From Chrysemys picta bellii (lineage: Eukaryota), in the NCBI RefSeq assembly GCF_011386835.1, contig NC_088796.1:17236001-17300000 (forward strand): DNA of 64,000 nt. Direction: 5' to 3'. Below are positions 35,178-47,919 of this stretch, piece after piece. Numbering within the stretch: position 1 is the stretch's first letter; each line of letters opens with the position of its first letter. The position numbers were made by a program, and so were the translations under genes. The notes under the pieces were generated by a model, which saw nothing but the letters and a program-made list of their open reading frames with translations, ran no database searches and was not told the origin of the DNA.

Positions 35178-36960
35178 TCATGGAAGTGTAGTGCTGGAAA
35201 AGACCTCAAGGGGTCACCTAGTCCAGGCTCCAGCACTGAGGCAGGACCAAGTGAACTTAGACCAACCCTTAAAGGCGATTAGTCTCACCTGTTTTTTTAA
35301 AAAGCTCCAATGAACCACAATGTCCAGTGGTAATCTATTCTAGTATTTAATTATCATTATAGTTAGTTTTTCCTGGTATACAAGTACTGCAGTGCAATCT
35401 CTTTATTGTGAAAGTGTGACTTACAAATGCATAACTGCACTCAAAAACAAAACAATGTAAAACTTTAGAGCTTCCAAATGCACTTTGTCCTACTTCTTGT
35501 TCAGCCAATCGCTAAGACAAACAAGTTTGTTTACATTTATGGGAGATAATGCTGCCTGGTTCTTATTTACAAAGTCACCTGAAAGTGTTAACAGGCGTTC
35601 ACATGGCACTTTTGTAGCCAGTGTCGCAAGGTATTTACGTGCCAGATATGCTAAACATTCATGTGCCCCGTCATGCTTCGGCCACCATTCCAGAGGACAC
35701 GCTTCCATGCTGATGACGCTCATTAAAAAAAATAATGCGTTAATTAAATTTGTGGCTGTACTCCTTGGGGAAGAATTGTATGTCTCCTGTTCTGTTTTAC
35801 ATGCAATCTGCCATATATTTAATGTTTATAGAAGTCTCGGATGATGACCCAGCACATGTTCATGTTATGAACACTTTCACGGCAGATTTGACAAAATGCA
35901 ACGAAGGTACCAATGTGAGATTTCTAAAAATAGCTACAGCACTTGACCCAAGGTTTAAGAATCTGAAGTGCCTTCCAAAGTCTGAGAGGGATGAGGTGTG
36001 GAGCATGCTTTCAGAAGTCCTAAAAAAATAACACTCAGATGTGGAAACTACAGAACCCAAACCACCAAAAAAGAAAATCAACCTCCTGCTGGTGGCATCT
36101 GACTCAGATGATGAAAGTGAACATGTGTCGGTCCGCACTGCTTTGAGTTGTGGTTGAAGCATGAAGGGACAAAAAAAATCTTTAGGGCATTTGGCACGTA
36201 AATATCTTGTGATGCTGACCACAACAGTACTACGTGAACGCCTGTTCTCACTTTCAGGTGACATTGTAAACAAGAAGCTGGCAGCATTATCTCCTGCGAA
36301 TTGTAACCTAACTTGTTTGTCTGAGCGATTGGCTGAAGTAGGACTGAGTGGACTTGTCGGCTCTAAAGTTTGACATTGTTTTATTTTTGAATGCAGTTAT
36401 TTTTTGTACATAATTCTACATTTGTAAGTTCAACGTTAATGATAGAGATTGCACTGCAGTACTTGTATTAGGTGAATTGAAAAATACTATCCTTTGTTTT
36501 TTACAGTGCAAATATTTGTAATCAAATATAAATATAAAGTGAGCACTGTACGCTTTGTATTCTGTGTTGTCATTGAAATCAATATTTGAAAATGTAGAAA
36601 ACATTCCAAAATGGTATTCTATTATTGTTTAACAGCACGATTCATCGCGATTCATTTTTTTAATCGCTTGAGAGCCCTACCCTAACGTAGTAGACAGTTA
36701 TTTGGCCCCTACTTTTCCCAACACTAAACATGCCCCGTTTTTTTTAAGCTTTCCTCACAGGTCATATTTTTTAAATCCTTTTTTCTTGCTCTCTTCTGGA
36801 TTCTCTCCAGTTAATCCACATCTTTTTTAGTATGTGGCACCGAGATCTGGAACAAGTACTCCAGTGGAGGCCTCACCAGTGTCGAGTAGAGTGAGACAAT
36901 TACGTACGATACTCCTGTCAGTACACCTCCCAGTGATATCAGCCTTTTTTCGCAACTGCA
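35178..36960 (-). mobile_element. CR1 3' fragment split by a hAT element (35178-35375 and 36680-36960)
   Basis: atcatggaagtgtagtgctggaaaagacctcaagg 3' end; tttcctcacaggtcat..gtactccagtggaggcctcaccagtg downstream of the hAT. Confidence 0.7.
35375..36679. mobile_element. Non-autonomous hAT (Ac/ZBED1-like) element carrying two inverted copies of the transposase C-terminus
   Basis: ORF 35490..35723(-) PLEWW..LARKYLATLATKVPCERL..SGDFVNK; ORF 36161..36373(+) LARKYL..ERLFSLSGDIVNK; ATALDPRFK at about 35930; ends gagagcccta. Confidence 0.88.
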
Positions 36961-37349
36961 TTTAAAAAATGAAAGTTGGAAGACAAGGGAAACTACTATG
37001 TAAATGACACACTTGGAGAGATGATTCATAAAAATTATGCAAATTATAATAGAAAAATGTTTATTATAAATGATACACTAATTTCCAGAAAAGCTACAAG
37101 ATAGAAATAAGTCCCCCCCCACCCCTTCCAGGAGTTGACACAATGAAAAATGTATATTATCCATATCGGGCAAAGGGAGCCTCCTTGGAAAAGAAGTTAT
37201 CTAAGAATGTTAATACCCCATCATTATGCCCTTGGAAGCGTAAGGGGGAGAATACTCCAAGGAGTAATTTGGTAGGAAGGGAATGTGTGATATCTCTGGA
37301 TTGTGTATCCACTCCAGGACCTTGGACAGAGCTGTCCTTCTTCAGGGCT

Positions 37350-37650
37350 AGGCACTAAAAATCGTAGTCTTAATAAAGACACTGGATTTAGGGTTTATTA
37401 TAAGACTCTGTAACCCACTAACCTGCCTTTTTTGTCCTATGACTGCAGAGGTGGTGTTGGGCCACTTCACGTTGAATGGTCTCTTAGCTGAAGTAAATAA
37501 CATGTATTCTAAGCAATCTGCTCCACCTTGCATTTAGCTGTGGCAGTCTGAGTGCCTTTCCCAGACCTGAAGAAGAGCTTTGTGTAGCTCAAAATCTTCT
37601 CTCTTCATCAACAGAAGTTGGTCCAATAAAAGATATTACCTCACACACGG
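37350..37650 (+). mobile_element. PLE 3' end (pseudo-LTR) with degenerate hammerhead at 37563-37602
   Basis: Similar to 14100-14400; AGAC-CTGAAGA-A-GAGC(tttgtgta)GCTC-AAAA with G12 mutated. Confidence 0.82.
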
Positions 37651-39686
37651 TGTCCCTTTTCAGGGCAGAAGGATATGCACAGAGAGGAAGTTTCAAGGAG
37701 CTACAGGTGATGCATGTAGCTATTGTAAATTTGTAGAGCACTGGCTGATCCTTTGCCTGCTACCTGTCGTATACCCATAATCCCCCAAGGTATGCATGCC
37801 ATTACACACTGGGATTATTACCACAGCCGGTACAGTTAGACATAGATATCTAGTAGCACATTAATAACAGTCATGATAAAGTGTGAAATAAAATCTATCA
37901 GTTGCAATAAGAATTGTTGCCGCCTAGAAATGAAAATCTGTAGCTTATATAGCGTGTGCCTGTCTATCCCTGTGCAGTACTGTAAACTGATGTCATCTTT
38001 TTCTTTAGTCCACGAGTGAACTGTACATAATGTGTCACAGTTTACACATTGCCCACAATGGGTGGATTGTAGCGTTAAGCCACTGGGGAGTGTGGAGTGA
38101 GGAGGAGCTGTGTGAGAAAGTCCGTAGGGAGCACATACTGGGGCTGGGACTCTCAAAGGCGTCGAAGGGAGTTAGGCACCAAGAGTGAGATTTTTTTCAA
38201 AAGTGCCCAGCATTGGCCTAACTCTGCTCCCATTTGATATTAACTTCAGCGGGAGCAAAGTTAACTCAACAGTAAAGACTTTTGAAAGCCCCACCCAAAT
38301 TCCCAGATCCAAGGGATTTGTGTACCTAATTCCTTTAAGCTCATTTGGAAATCCTGGCCTGGAAAAGGAGCTCCTCTACCTTCTGAAAGGGATCAATGTG
38401 CCCTTCCCTGACCCCCCTTCTTCTAATGTTGGCCCAGCACTAACTGCCTCCTCCCTGGCACAGCTAGCAAGGTTTGTGCTCCACTCTGTGATTGACTGAC
38501 CACTGCCCCGAGGGACAATGGGAGAGAGGAAGGCTCTTTGCATTGCTTGTTCCTCTACCCCTGTGTGCCCACACAGAGACAATCGTTTCATAGGCGTGCA
38601 TTACTCCCATTAGTACTGCTAAAAGCTATGATCTAATCTGATAAATCCCAACTTTCCCCAAACCTTTATTGGTTTAGCAGCCTCAACAAATAGATTATCT
38701 TTGCTAAACCCTACTCCAAAAAGCCTTTACAAACTGGCTGCCCCTTCAACAGAGAGTAGAGCTTGAGCATTGCCTGTGCACAATGTTGCAATCTATTATC
38801 TGGCTTAGAAAAAGAACTTGCACACTACAGCACTACTGATGTAATTCAGGTCCATGGCATAATAGCTGTGTTCATAACCCAGCATCACCATAACAGTTAG
38901 ATCAGATCTTGAGTTAAATAAATGTTTACTGCAATTACCAGCTGACAAGTTGCTGGCAAATGGCACATAATATACAGAGGACAAGTAAGACTTTGTCCAA
39001 GGCATAAGAAATGTTAAAGTAATTGTGTGTGTGTGTGTGTTTGGGAAGACCTTTTTCACGGGCCATCTATGTATCATTTTTATATCCTCTATAAACTTTC
39101 ACTGTGCTCTGTAAACTCTATCTACAACCACATAGTTAGAGCAGAGCTTTTGCTAAGGGGAATGATTTGTATGCGATTATAGTGCTCCAAGCTTTGACAG
39201 AGACATTAAATGATTTTCCACAATGGGTGACTGGGGGAGAAAAAACTAGCCTTGATAACATGCATTGTAAGAGTGCTAGACACGAACATAAACCACAAGG
39301 CTTGAGAGGACTCTGTTCTGAGAAGTATTGTGCACAGTCATATTTAGGTGCAAATCATTTCAAAGGAGAGTGCCAAGTGGATTTTAAGCCTGACATTTTA
39401 ATAAAGCAAATATCTCATTTCAACTGTCTATAGATTATCTTCTTTCTTTCAGTGCCAGAGTTAGTACAAGCATGAGGTTGTCCTTTTACAATAATGCATC
39501 ATCTGAACAAAGATGATTCCTCAGATGACCAAGCCCTGTACCACCCCTCTTACTAATGCGGATAGTTGCACCTCTTTGCCTGCCTTATTCAAGTAAACTT
39601 GTGATTTAAACTTCACTTCCTATAGCTAAATATCCCCTCCTTAGAACTGCCCCTTCTACGCCCCACTCTATCACCCAAGTCCAGTA

Positions 39687-39854
39687 TAGGGTTGCCACCT
39701 TTGAGGTATAAAACACAAGGACATCTGGAATAATACAGAGCCCATACAAATGAACATATGACAGTGTATACTAAACCCCCTTATAGATTTTCCCAGGATA
39801 GTTACCTCAATAAAAGGGATGATCCTGGGAGAACCTGGGCAGGTAGCAACCCTA
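39687..39854. mobile_element. hAT MITE
   Basis: TIRs tagggttgccacc / ggtagcaacccta; TSD gtccagta / gtccagtt. Confidence 0.82.
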
Positions 39855-41959
39855 GTCCAGTTAGCAGATGCTTCAGAGGAAGGACTGGTGATTTGGCAGA
39901 ACACTGCAATAACCAGTTGTGGGAAATATGACCCCCACATAGGTCTGAAATTGATCTCTAACTGAGATTGTCTTAAGCCCTGAAGCTTGAGGTTGAGTAT
40001 ACTGTATCTCAGGAATCTTATTTCTTCTAAGGCTCATTCAGTGACTAGTCACAATTGCGGTTCCATGCTCAGGGAGAATAAGGGAGCTGCTTCAGGTTAT
40101 TGCCAGACAATGCCAGCCTCTCCAAAGGGGGCATGGAAGAGAGGGACTCTAGATTCAAAGGCCATAGCAGGAGAAACTCTGTTCAAGGATATAACAGGAC
40201 AATACTTCTCTATTCTTGTACCACCCCTTACTGAGTTCCATCCATTCTCAAATCTCATGTGAAAGTTTCTCTTCAACCTGGCCTATATCTTTAACCTTTG
40301 TCCCCATTATTAATTTTTTTGTTTGAACTCTGTAACTAGAGCTAGTCAAAATTCTGACAATTTCCAATGCAAAAAATTGTCAAATCTTTTTGGGTCCCTC
40401 CCTCCCATCAAATCAAATTTTTGATGAAAAATTGCATCAAAAATTGAAATTTGAAAAACGTTGACCAGGCCTCTGTGTAACTGGCTGAAGTGTTTGTGGT
40501 TTGAACTTGCATGAAGGATGCTGTACATAATGATGTACCATGTTGTGGTTTGGTTTCTACATGCTAAAGGGTATATTCTGTGTCAGAGCACAAGCAGAAC
40601 ACTCATGGAAGTTCTGCACAGAAGTTGGAAGGCGAATATGTTTTGATACTGACCCAGACCTTCAGAGGTTTAAAAAAAACCTTTGTACATTAATCCACTA
40701 TTTCACTTTACTCCCTAACCATAGCTGTACATCTTTTCTGAGATATTAAAAAAAAAAACTCTCAAATTTCAGTATGAAAGATGGATTTTATACTCCATTG
40801 GTTTTAGTTACTCAGATGGTATACTCAAATATTCAGTAAGTAATCTGTTACTTTACACTTTAACTTCCTTGAAAGAGCTACTGCTTTGTGATCTAGAGGA
40901 TTTGCCAAGGTTTATATGTGATGGATATCACACAGGGGTGTGGGGTTTTTTGGGTTGTTTTTTTTTGTTAGCCCCTGGTTTGCAGAATTGATTGTTGTAC
41001 TGAACTGATTATTGGGCATTTGATAAACCTATTCAAGTATTTGCCACATATTCTGAGCATTACAGAAAATAGTTTAAGCCTGCAATCATGAAATGATAAG
41101 CCTGTTTCTTAGAATGAGTCACTGGAATCGGCCTGTAAATTGAATGTACAAGCTACTGAAAAGACAGAATTCTCAAGCAGGCATGGCAGAAACCCATAAC
41201 CACACAGCATGAATGAAAATGCTCAGAGACACTTTACTAGCCAATTTCCATAACCAGAACCTTAATTGAGATGATGATGATAATTTGCACTTCTATAGCA
41301 GAACGTTCACCTCTGCTACACCACTTCTACCTTCTTGCTGGAGTTAGCGTTCTCAAACTATTATATTAATACAACATAAAAATGCAGAAAGTATGGGCCA
41401 CATTCTCAGTTGGTGTAAGCTGACTTCAGTGGGGCTCTATTGTTTTACACCCATTGAGGATGTGATTCTAAATACACGCTAAAGAAAAAAAGGGAACTAA
41501 CCCATTTTATGTGCACATATTGTTATCTCATTATCTTTTCCTTGTCCTTCCCACCCCTGACATACTGGTTTTCGTTCCTTCATATTCTGTGTCTCGCTTA
41601 GATCGTAAGGGACCTGTCACTTTTAATTTTCTGTAAAGTGCTATGATGCTGCAGACATAAATAGTGTTATAGGTTGTATTAACCTTGTTGTTACGGGTGG
41701 GTGTAACTCCTACCTTACATTCAGGATAAATGTAAATAAGTGGCTGAAACAATAGCAGTAGCATACAAAACACAGACATGAAAAAACTTGAGTAGAAGCT
41801 GAATGATTTGGCCCAAGGGGTGTCATATGCAGGGGCTGGTTGAGATCCCCTGGGGCCCTCTTCCACTCAGTTCCCCAAAACTCAGTTCAACTTCGGAATT
41901 TGTCAGTCCGGTATCTTTGTTTGGCAGACACTAATAGTACCCTAAGCTGACCAGGCTCC

Positions 41960-42062
41960 AATCTGAGGTACAGGGGGCACGAGTGCACCTGGAGTGGAGC
42001 ATCCATTGGAGGACACATCTTGAAGAACTGCAGTTACTGCACAGGGTGAGAAACCTTCTCTT
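41960..42062. mobile_element. DIRS-like retroelement terminal fragment
   Basis: gagtgcacctggagtggagcatccattggaggacacatcttgaagaactgcagttactgcacagggtgagaaaccttctctt resembles reptile DIRS1 termini as I recall them. Confidence 0.4.
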
Positions 42063-43218
42063 ACATCCTGGAGAGAAACTGCATCTAGAGTGTTCTTCAT
42101 TTTTGATAGTGAAGAACAAAGTATACCAAAGTATGTTGTCTCCTGAAACTACTGTGAGCTCAGTTTAATAGCTTATTAGATACTTAAACTGTTTATGGGC
42201 AAAATAATTTGTTTAAGGGCAAGTGGATCATGTTGGTTTTTAATAAATAACCAGACAGTTTATAATCAGGGAAAGTAAGCAATCTTAACGAAATCCTATA
42301 CAATTGGGGGGGAGGGAGGGAACCATTTAAATTAGTTACTTAGAAGAAGCCATTAAAGAAGCTGTCTCAAAACAGGCCAATTAACCAATATTAAGAATCT
42401 TTTAAATCCAATTAAATCTCACTATTTCTCTGTTTACCTATGTTTAGTCCCTGTCTCCTGTCCAGCAATATATGGGTTAACCTTCTGGAGATCAATAGTT
42501 GGCAATTTAAGTTACAACAGTATTTTCTATCCCAATAAAATCATTACAAGAGTATAAACCTAATCCGTTGGGAGTGTTTTAGCTAACATCCTCTCACTAA
42601 TTCTTGTTGAAGTTTTGGGGAGGTTTTCCTTGAGCCGGTTTCTTATTTATCTGTGGCAACTTGCTTATAAGAGATGGATAGGACAAGTTGTGAAGTGCTT
42701 ACTGTCTAAGCTGAGTATCTGAGGGTGTGTGTATGTATGTGGGATGCTCACATTAGAGTAATTTATAACCTTCTCCTTCCTATTTTCATGAAATGGTAGG
42801 AAAACATTCTTCTTTCAGGCTTGTTTAGAGTCAAGTCAATTGCTTTCTCTCTTTTGCTGGCTCCATGACTTCATGGGTAGTCTTTAGGAGCATCTTCGTC
42901 TGTAATTTATTAATGATATGCAACATTTCTTGATTTGCCGTTGTTCTTCTTGTGGCAGGAAAACATCAGATAACTTTCGAAGCTCGTTTTAACTTTGTTT
43001 TTATTCAGTCTATTCTCTGAGATAGTCTTTCAGATTTATTAGAGTTTGATAGGAAATAAAAATCTGTTTTTGAAAAAGTCCAAGTACTTCTATTCCTCCT
43101 GCAAAAAATATGTCGTCTTAAAAGTTTTTCGTTCTCAAAACTGACTTTCAAAATTCAATAACTTTTAGAAAGACTTTAGCATAATTTGTTGATTCTACAC
43201 AATAACTTTCAGAACAAT

Positions 43219-43326
43219 CAGAGGGGTAGCCATGTTAGTCTGAATCTGTAAAAAGCAACAGAGGGTCCTGTGGCACCTTTAGACTTCTGTTAGTCTTAAA
43301 GGTGCCAAAGGACCCTCTGTTGCTTT
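43219..43326 (-). mobile_element. PLE hairpin insertion with the centre (both hammerheads) deleted
   Basis: Same unique end as 33005; about 36-bp inverted arms; 12-bp TSD tttcagaacaat at 43207-43218 and 43327-43338. Confidence 0.85.
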
Positions 43327-43862
43327 TTTCAGAACAATGTTTTTCTTGTCTTCCTGAATTGGGTGAGGGTTTTCTTGTGCACTGCCTGTAATTAATTAAC
43401 CCTCAATTAATATAAATATTGTATACTTAAATTGCCCCTTACACTTGTCTAGTAAGAGAATTAGGTTCCTTGTTGGTACATAAAGAATTTTACCATTTAC
43501 ATAGCAATGATATTAGGAACTTTGCATTTAGCTAACATATTTGCAAGTATGCATTTCACAAAGATGGTTTGTCATTTCAGTATTTAAGAAATAAACAGAA
43601 GTTTCCATTTTAACTATATGTTTCCCCTCAAGTTTAAGAATATAAGCGGGTTTTCTTGCAACAGCGTGAGGTTGGTAGGCCCCACTTTACCTAGGCTTAT
43701 CACTCTGATAATACACCCTACATTTCTTTCAAAATCAGGCCTCTTCCTTAAAACATGAATGTTTTACATGGTTTGTAATTCTTAATATTTGCTTGTCCTT
43801 GAGAGATAGAAGCAGACACATTCTGGAATTTCTTTGATTGGCTTTAATATATTATAACTAAT

Positions 43863-44520
43863 TAGGGCTGTCAAGCGATTAAAAATAATTAAGCATGTTT
43901 AATTGCGTGAATAAAAAAATATTCGTGATTAATCATGCTGTTAAACAATAATAGAATACCATTTATTTAAATATTTTTGATGTTTTCTACATTTTCTACA
44001 ATGTCAAAATTTAGAGCCTACAAGTCCAATCAGTCCTACTTCTTGCTCATCCAATCACTCAGTCAAACAGGTTTGTTTACATTTGCAGGAGATAATGCTG
44101 CCTGCTTCTTGTTTACAATGTCACCTGAAAGTGAGAACAGGCGTTTTCATGGCACTGTTATAGCCGGCGCTGCAAGATGTTTACATGCCAGATGCGTTAA
44201 ATATTATGTCCCTTGATTCTTCAACTACCATTCCAGAGGACATGAGTCCATGCTGATGACGGGTTCTGTTCGTTAATAACCAAAGCAGTGTGGACCTTAT
44301 GCATGTTCATTTTCATTATCTGAATCAGATGCCACTTGCAGAAGGTTGATTTTCTTAATGGTGGTTAGGATTCTGTAGTTTCCACATCGGAGTTGTGCTC
44401 TTTTAAGACTTCTGAAAGCATGCTCCACACTTCATCCATCTCAGATTTTGGAAGGCACTTCAGATTCTTAAACCTTGGGTCGAGTGCTGTAGTGCAGTTA
44501 TGTAACAAAAAAAAAATCTA
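43863..44520 (-). mobile_element. Second copy of the 35375-36679 hAT family, internally deleted and truncated
   Basis: Starts tagggctgtcaagcgatt; hATC-coding segment homologous to 35490-35720; ttaaaccttgggtcgagtgctgtag joins directly to tgcagttatg. Confidence 0.85.
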
Positions 44521-44524
44521 CATG

Positions 44525-44834
44525 TCGTTGCTTCCGAGAGCTGCTTGAGGTAAGCACTGCCCTGAGCCTGCACCCCTGAGCCAACTCCTCTGCGCCCCAA
44601 CCCTCTGCCCCAGCCCTGATCCCCCTCCCAACCCCTGAACCCTCAGTCCCAGCCAGGAGCACCCTCCTACACCCCAAACCCCTCATACCCAGCCCCACCC
44701 CAGAGCCCACACCCCCAGCCAGAACCCTCACCCCCTCATGCACCCCAACCCCAATTTCGTGAGCATTCATGGCCCACCATACAATTTCTATACCCAGATG
44801 TGGCCCTCGGCCAAAAAGTTTGCCTACTCCTGAG
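44525..44834. mobile_element. GC-rich hAT MITE, right half
   Basis: C-rich body like 28780-29000; ends gccaaaaagtttgcctactcctg. Confidence 0.65.
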
Positions 44835-44859
44835 CTAGAACTTTGAAATGCAAACCTGT

Positions 44860-45815
44860 ATTGTTAGAAAAATAGAGGTGATACTAACTGTATATGTTTA
44901 CTTATATCTTGTTAGATGTTAGCCATGTCTATTACTATATCTATTGATTCAGAGATCAAAAGGGAATACTAACATTTAGCTGAATCTTGGGTGAAATAAT
45001 GTCATTGTCTATATGTCTCTTTAAAGTCTATGGTAAACTGTATATGAACTGCTTAATAGATAAATTACCTTATGTCGATCCATGTAGTTGATTACCAGTG
45101 ATGTTTGGGAAACAGAAAGTTACATCAAAAGCCCATTGTTCACCCAGGACTGTATGGTCAAGAAGCTACTAGAAAACTGTATAAAAGACTCGTGGGACCT
45201 GATCCTTTCATCTCAGATCTGCTTGATGCTTCATGCAGGGGAAACTTGAGTCATAAGGCTGACTTATCTCCCATCTGGATGACCCTGAATATGAACATTT
45301 GACTATAACCTATGGACTAATTCTGAAAGAACTTTTTGCAACTACAAAGCTCACCAGTTCTGCTATGAAATCTGATCTCGGAACAGTACTCCTGTCTGTA
45401 TGTATACTGATCTTTTAACCAATACTCTCTCTCTTCTTTTTTAATAAATTCTAGTTTAGTTAATAAGAATTGGCTGCAAGCATGTATTTGGGTAAGATTG
45501 GAAATATTCATTACCCTGGGAGGTAGTGTGTCCAATCCTTTGGGATTGGTAGAAATTTCTTATGTGAATAAGATTTTCAATAATCCTCATCATATTTGAG
45601 TTGGGTGTCTGGGTGGAGGCCTACGGCTGGGTTGCTTTAAGGGAACATGTTTTGGCTTCTGGGTAACCAGTAAGGTACTATAGAAGCTGTTTGAGTCTAG
45701 CTTGGTGGATCTAAGTACTAGAATGACCACCAGCTCTAGGAATTGTCTGCCCCGTTCTTTACAGTTTGCCCTAATTAAGTAACTTCAGTGTGGCTCCCCT
45801 GGGACCCCGGTCACA
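44860..45815 (+). mobile_element. Solo LTR (ERV/Gypsy-like)
   Basis: Ends gggaccccggtcaca; internal aataaa at about 45444; left boundary and TSD uncertain. Confidence 0.55.
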
Positions 45816-46082
45816 GAAGCACTTTGGAGACGAGGCTTAGAATTCAAAGGGACCTTGAGAAATTGAAGAATTGGTCAGAAATCAACAAGGTGAAATTCAG
45901 TTAAGATGAGTGCAAAATACTACACTTGAAGGAAAACTCAAATGCACAAATGCAAAATGGGGAATAACTGGCTACGCAGTAGAACAGCTGAAAAGGAGCT
46001 GAGGGCTACAGTGGATCACAGGTTGAATCTGACCCAACAATGTGATGCAATAGCAAAAAAGGCAAATATCATTTTGGGGTGT

Positions 46083-47919
46083 TGTGACATGTCCCTGGTA
46101 TACCCAGGGCCATGAGGCACCTTACTACCACCTGCTGATAATGTGAGGAAGCCTTGTCTGTGCCTGCCATTGGTCAACTTCCCAACTCCATTAGCCAGGG
46201 GCAACACAAGCACTCCTCTGTAGGCCTTGCAGGCTCCACTGTCTCTCTACAGGTTACTGATTGGCAAACTCCAACCCTCAAGCCCACCAAGTGTCTCCAT
46301 GAAGTGTCCGTCCCCTGGTCCACTGCACACTTGCTGTATTCACAGATTTATTGCTTCCAAAGAAGCTGTACACCCCAATCTCTTAAAGCAGACATACAGT
46401 GTTAGGCATACAATTCTCCAGTTTTATCTCAGATCATTGCTGTGCTTAACACACAGCACTTAGACATGTTTATAGTGAAAACAAGTATAATTTTATTTAC
46501 AAAAGCATGGCGATTCAAGTAGTAGCAAGTAGAAGTATTGGAAACAAATGGATACCTACAGAAATTAGGGCTGGAAGGGACCTTGAGGAGTCATCAAGTC
46601 CAGCCCCTTGCACTGAGACAAAACAGTAAAACTAAACCAACCCGGATGGGTGTTTGACCAACCTGATCTTAAAGCCTCCAATGATGGGGAATTTCACAAC
46701 CTCTCTTGGAACCCTATTCCAGTGTTTAACTATTCTTATGGTTAGGAAGTTTTTCCTAATATCTAACCTAAATCACCCTTGCTGCAGATTAAATCCATTA
46801 TACCTTGTCCCACCTTCATTGTGCATGGAGAACAATTGTTCAGAGTTCCCTTTGTAGCAGTCTTAACATATCTGAAGACTGTAATCAGTTTTCTTTTCTC
46901 AAGTCTAAACATGCCCAATTTTTTAATCTTTCCTCATAAGTCAGGTTGTCTAAATCTTTTTGTTGTTGTTGTTGTTCTCATCCAGTTTATCCACATCATT
47001 CCTAAAGTTTGGTGCCCAGAATTGAGCACAGTACTCCAGATGAGGCCTCACCATGTATTACATACAATACTCCACTTAACACACCCCAAAATGGTATTAG
47101 CCTCTTTCACAACTGCATCACATTGACACATATTCGCTTTGTGGTCCACTACAACCCCCAGTTCCTTTTCAGCAGTACTATTACCTAGCCAGTTATTCCC
47201 CATTTTGTAGTTGTGCATTTGATTTTTTCCTTCCTAATTGAAGAACTTTGCACTTGCCTTTATTAAATCTAATCATAACACACAGTCTAGAGCTTGGATT
47301 TCATTAACAAGATACTCTCATTTCTTGAAGAGTGCTTATCACCCAAAATCCTTGCAGCACATTTCAGCCAGGCTGGCTGTGGCACTCCTTTCATGAGACA
47401 AGCACTCTCGCGGTTGGTCTCATTGGTGAAGGATTTAGTGTCCCTTTGCACTCCAAGATATACCAGACCAATTCTTTGTCTTTATTCATAAACACGACAT
47501 GCCCCTGCTGTTAGTTCCTTCACATAGATTTCCCCTCTTGTAGATTTTGCAATCTCTTAAAGCAGACATACAGTGTTAGGCATACAATACACAAATGGCC
47601 AAACAGGGAGATAGGTGTCTATTACACTTGTCTGAAAGGAACATTTCTGAGGTGTGGCACCTCCTGGTGACCTGCCTTAACTCCAAGACCTTAAGAATAT
47701 AATTTTCAGTATAGATACAGAACTCCTTAAATGTTATCTGTACATACATTTTGCAATGATTATGACAATCCAGGGGCTACTGACTCTTGGTAGAGACCTT
47801 ACATACCACCATTTGGTGAACTATTTTATACAGTTATCTGACCCAGGGGATTTCTGTAAAACCCTATATAAGACCCTGTGTCCTCAGCCAGTTGTAATCA
47901 AGGGGTCCTTGGGTTACAG
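46083..47919. mobile_element. Solo LTR (Gypsy-like) inserted in CR1, itself containing a CR1
   Basis: TG...CA (tgtgacatg..gggttaca); 5-bp TSD ggtgt/ggtat. Confidence 0.75.
46561..47280 (-). mobile_element. CR1 3' fragment nested in the LTR
   Basis: aattagggctggaagggaccttgaggagtcatcaagtccagcc..gtactccagatgaggcctcacca..ttgcacttgcctttattaaat. Confidence 0.88.
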
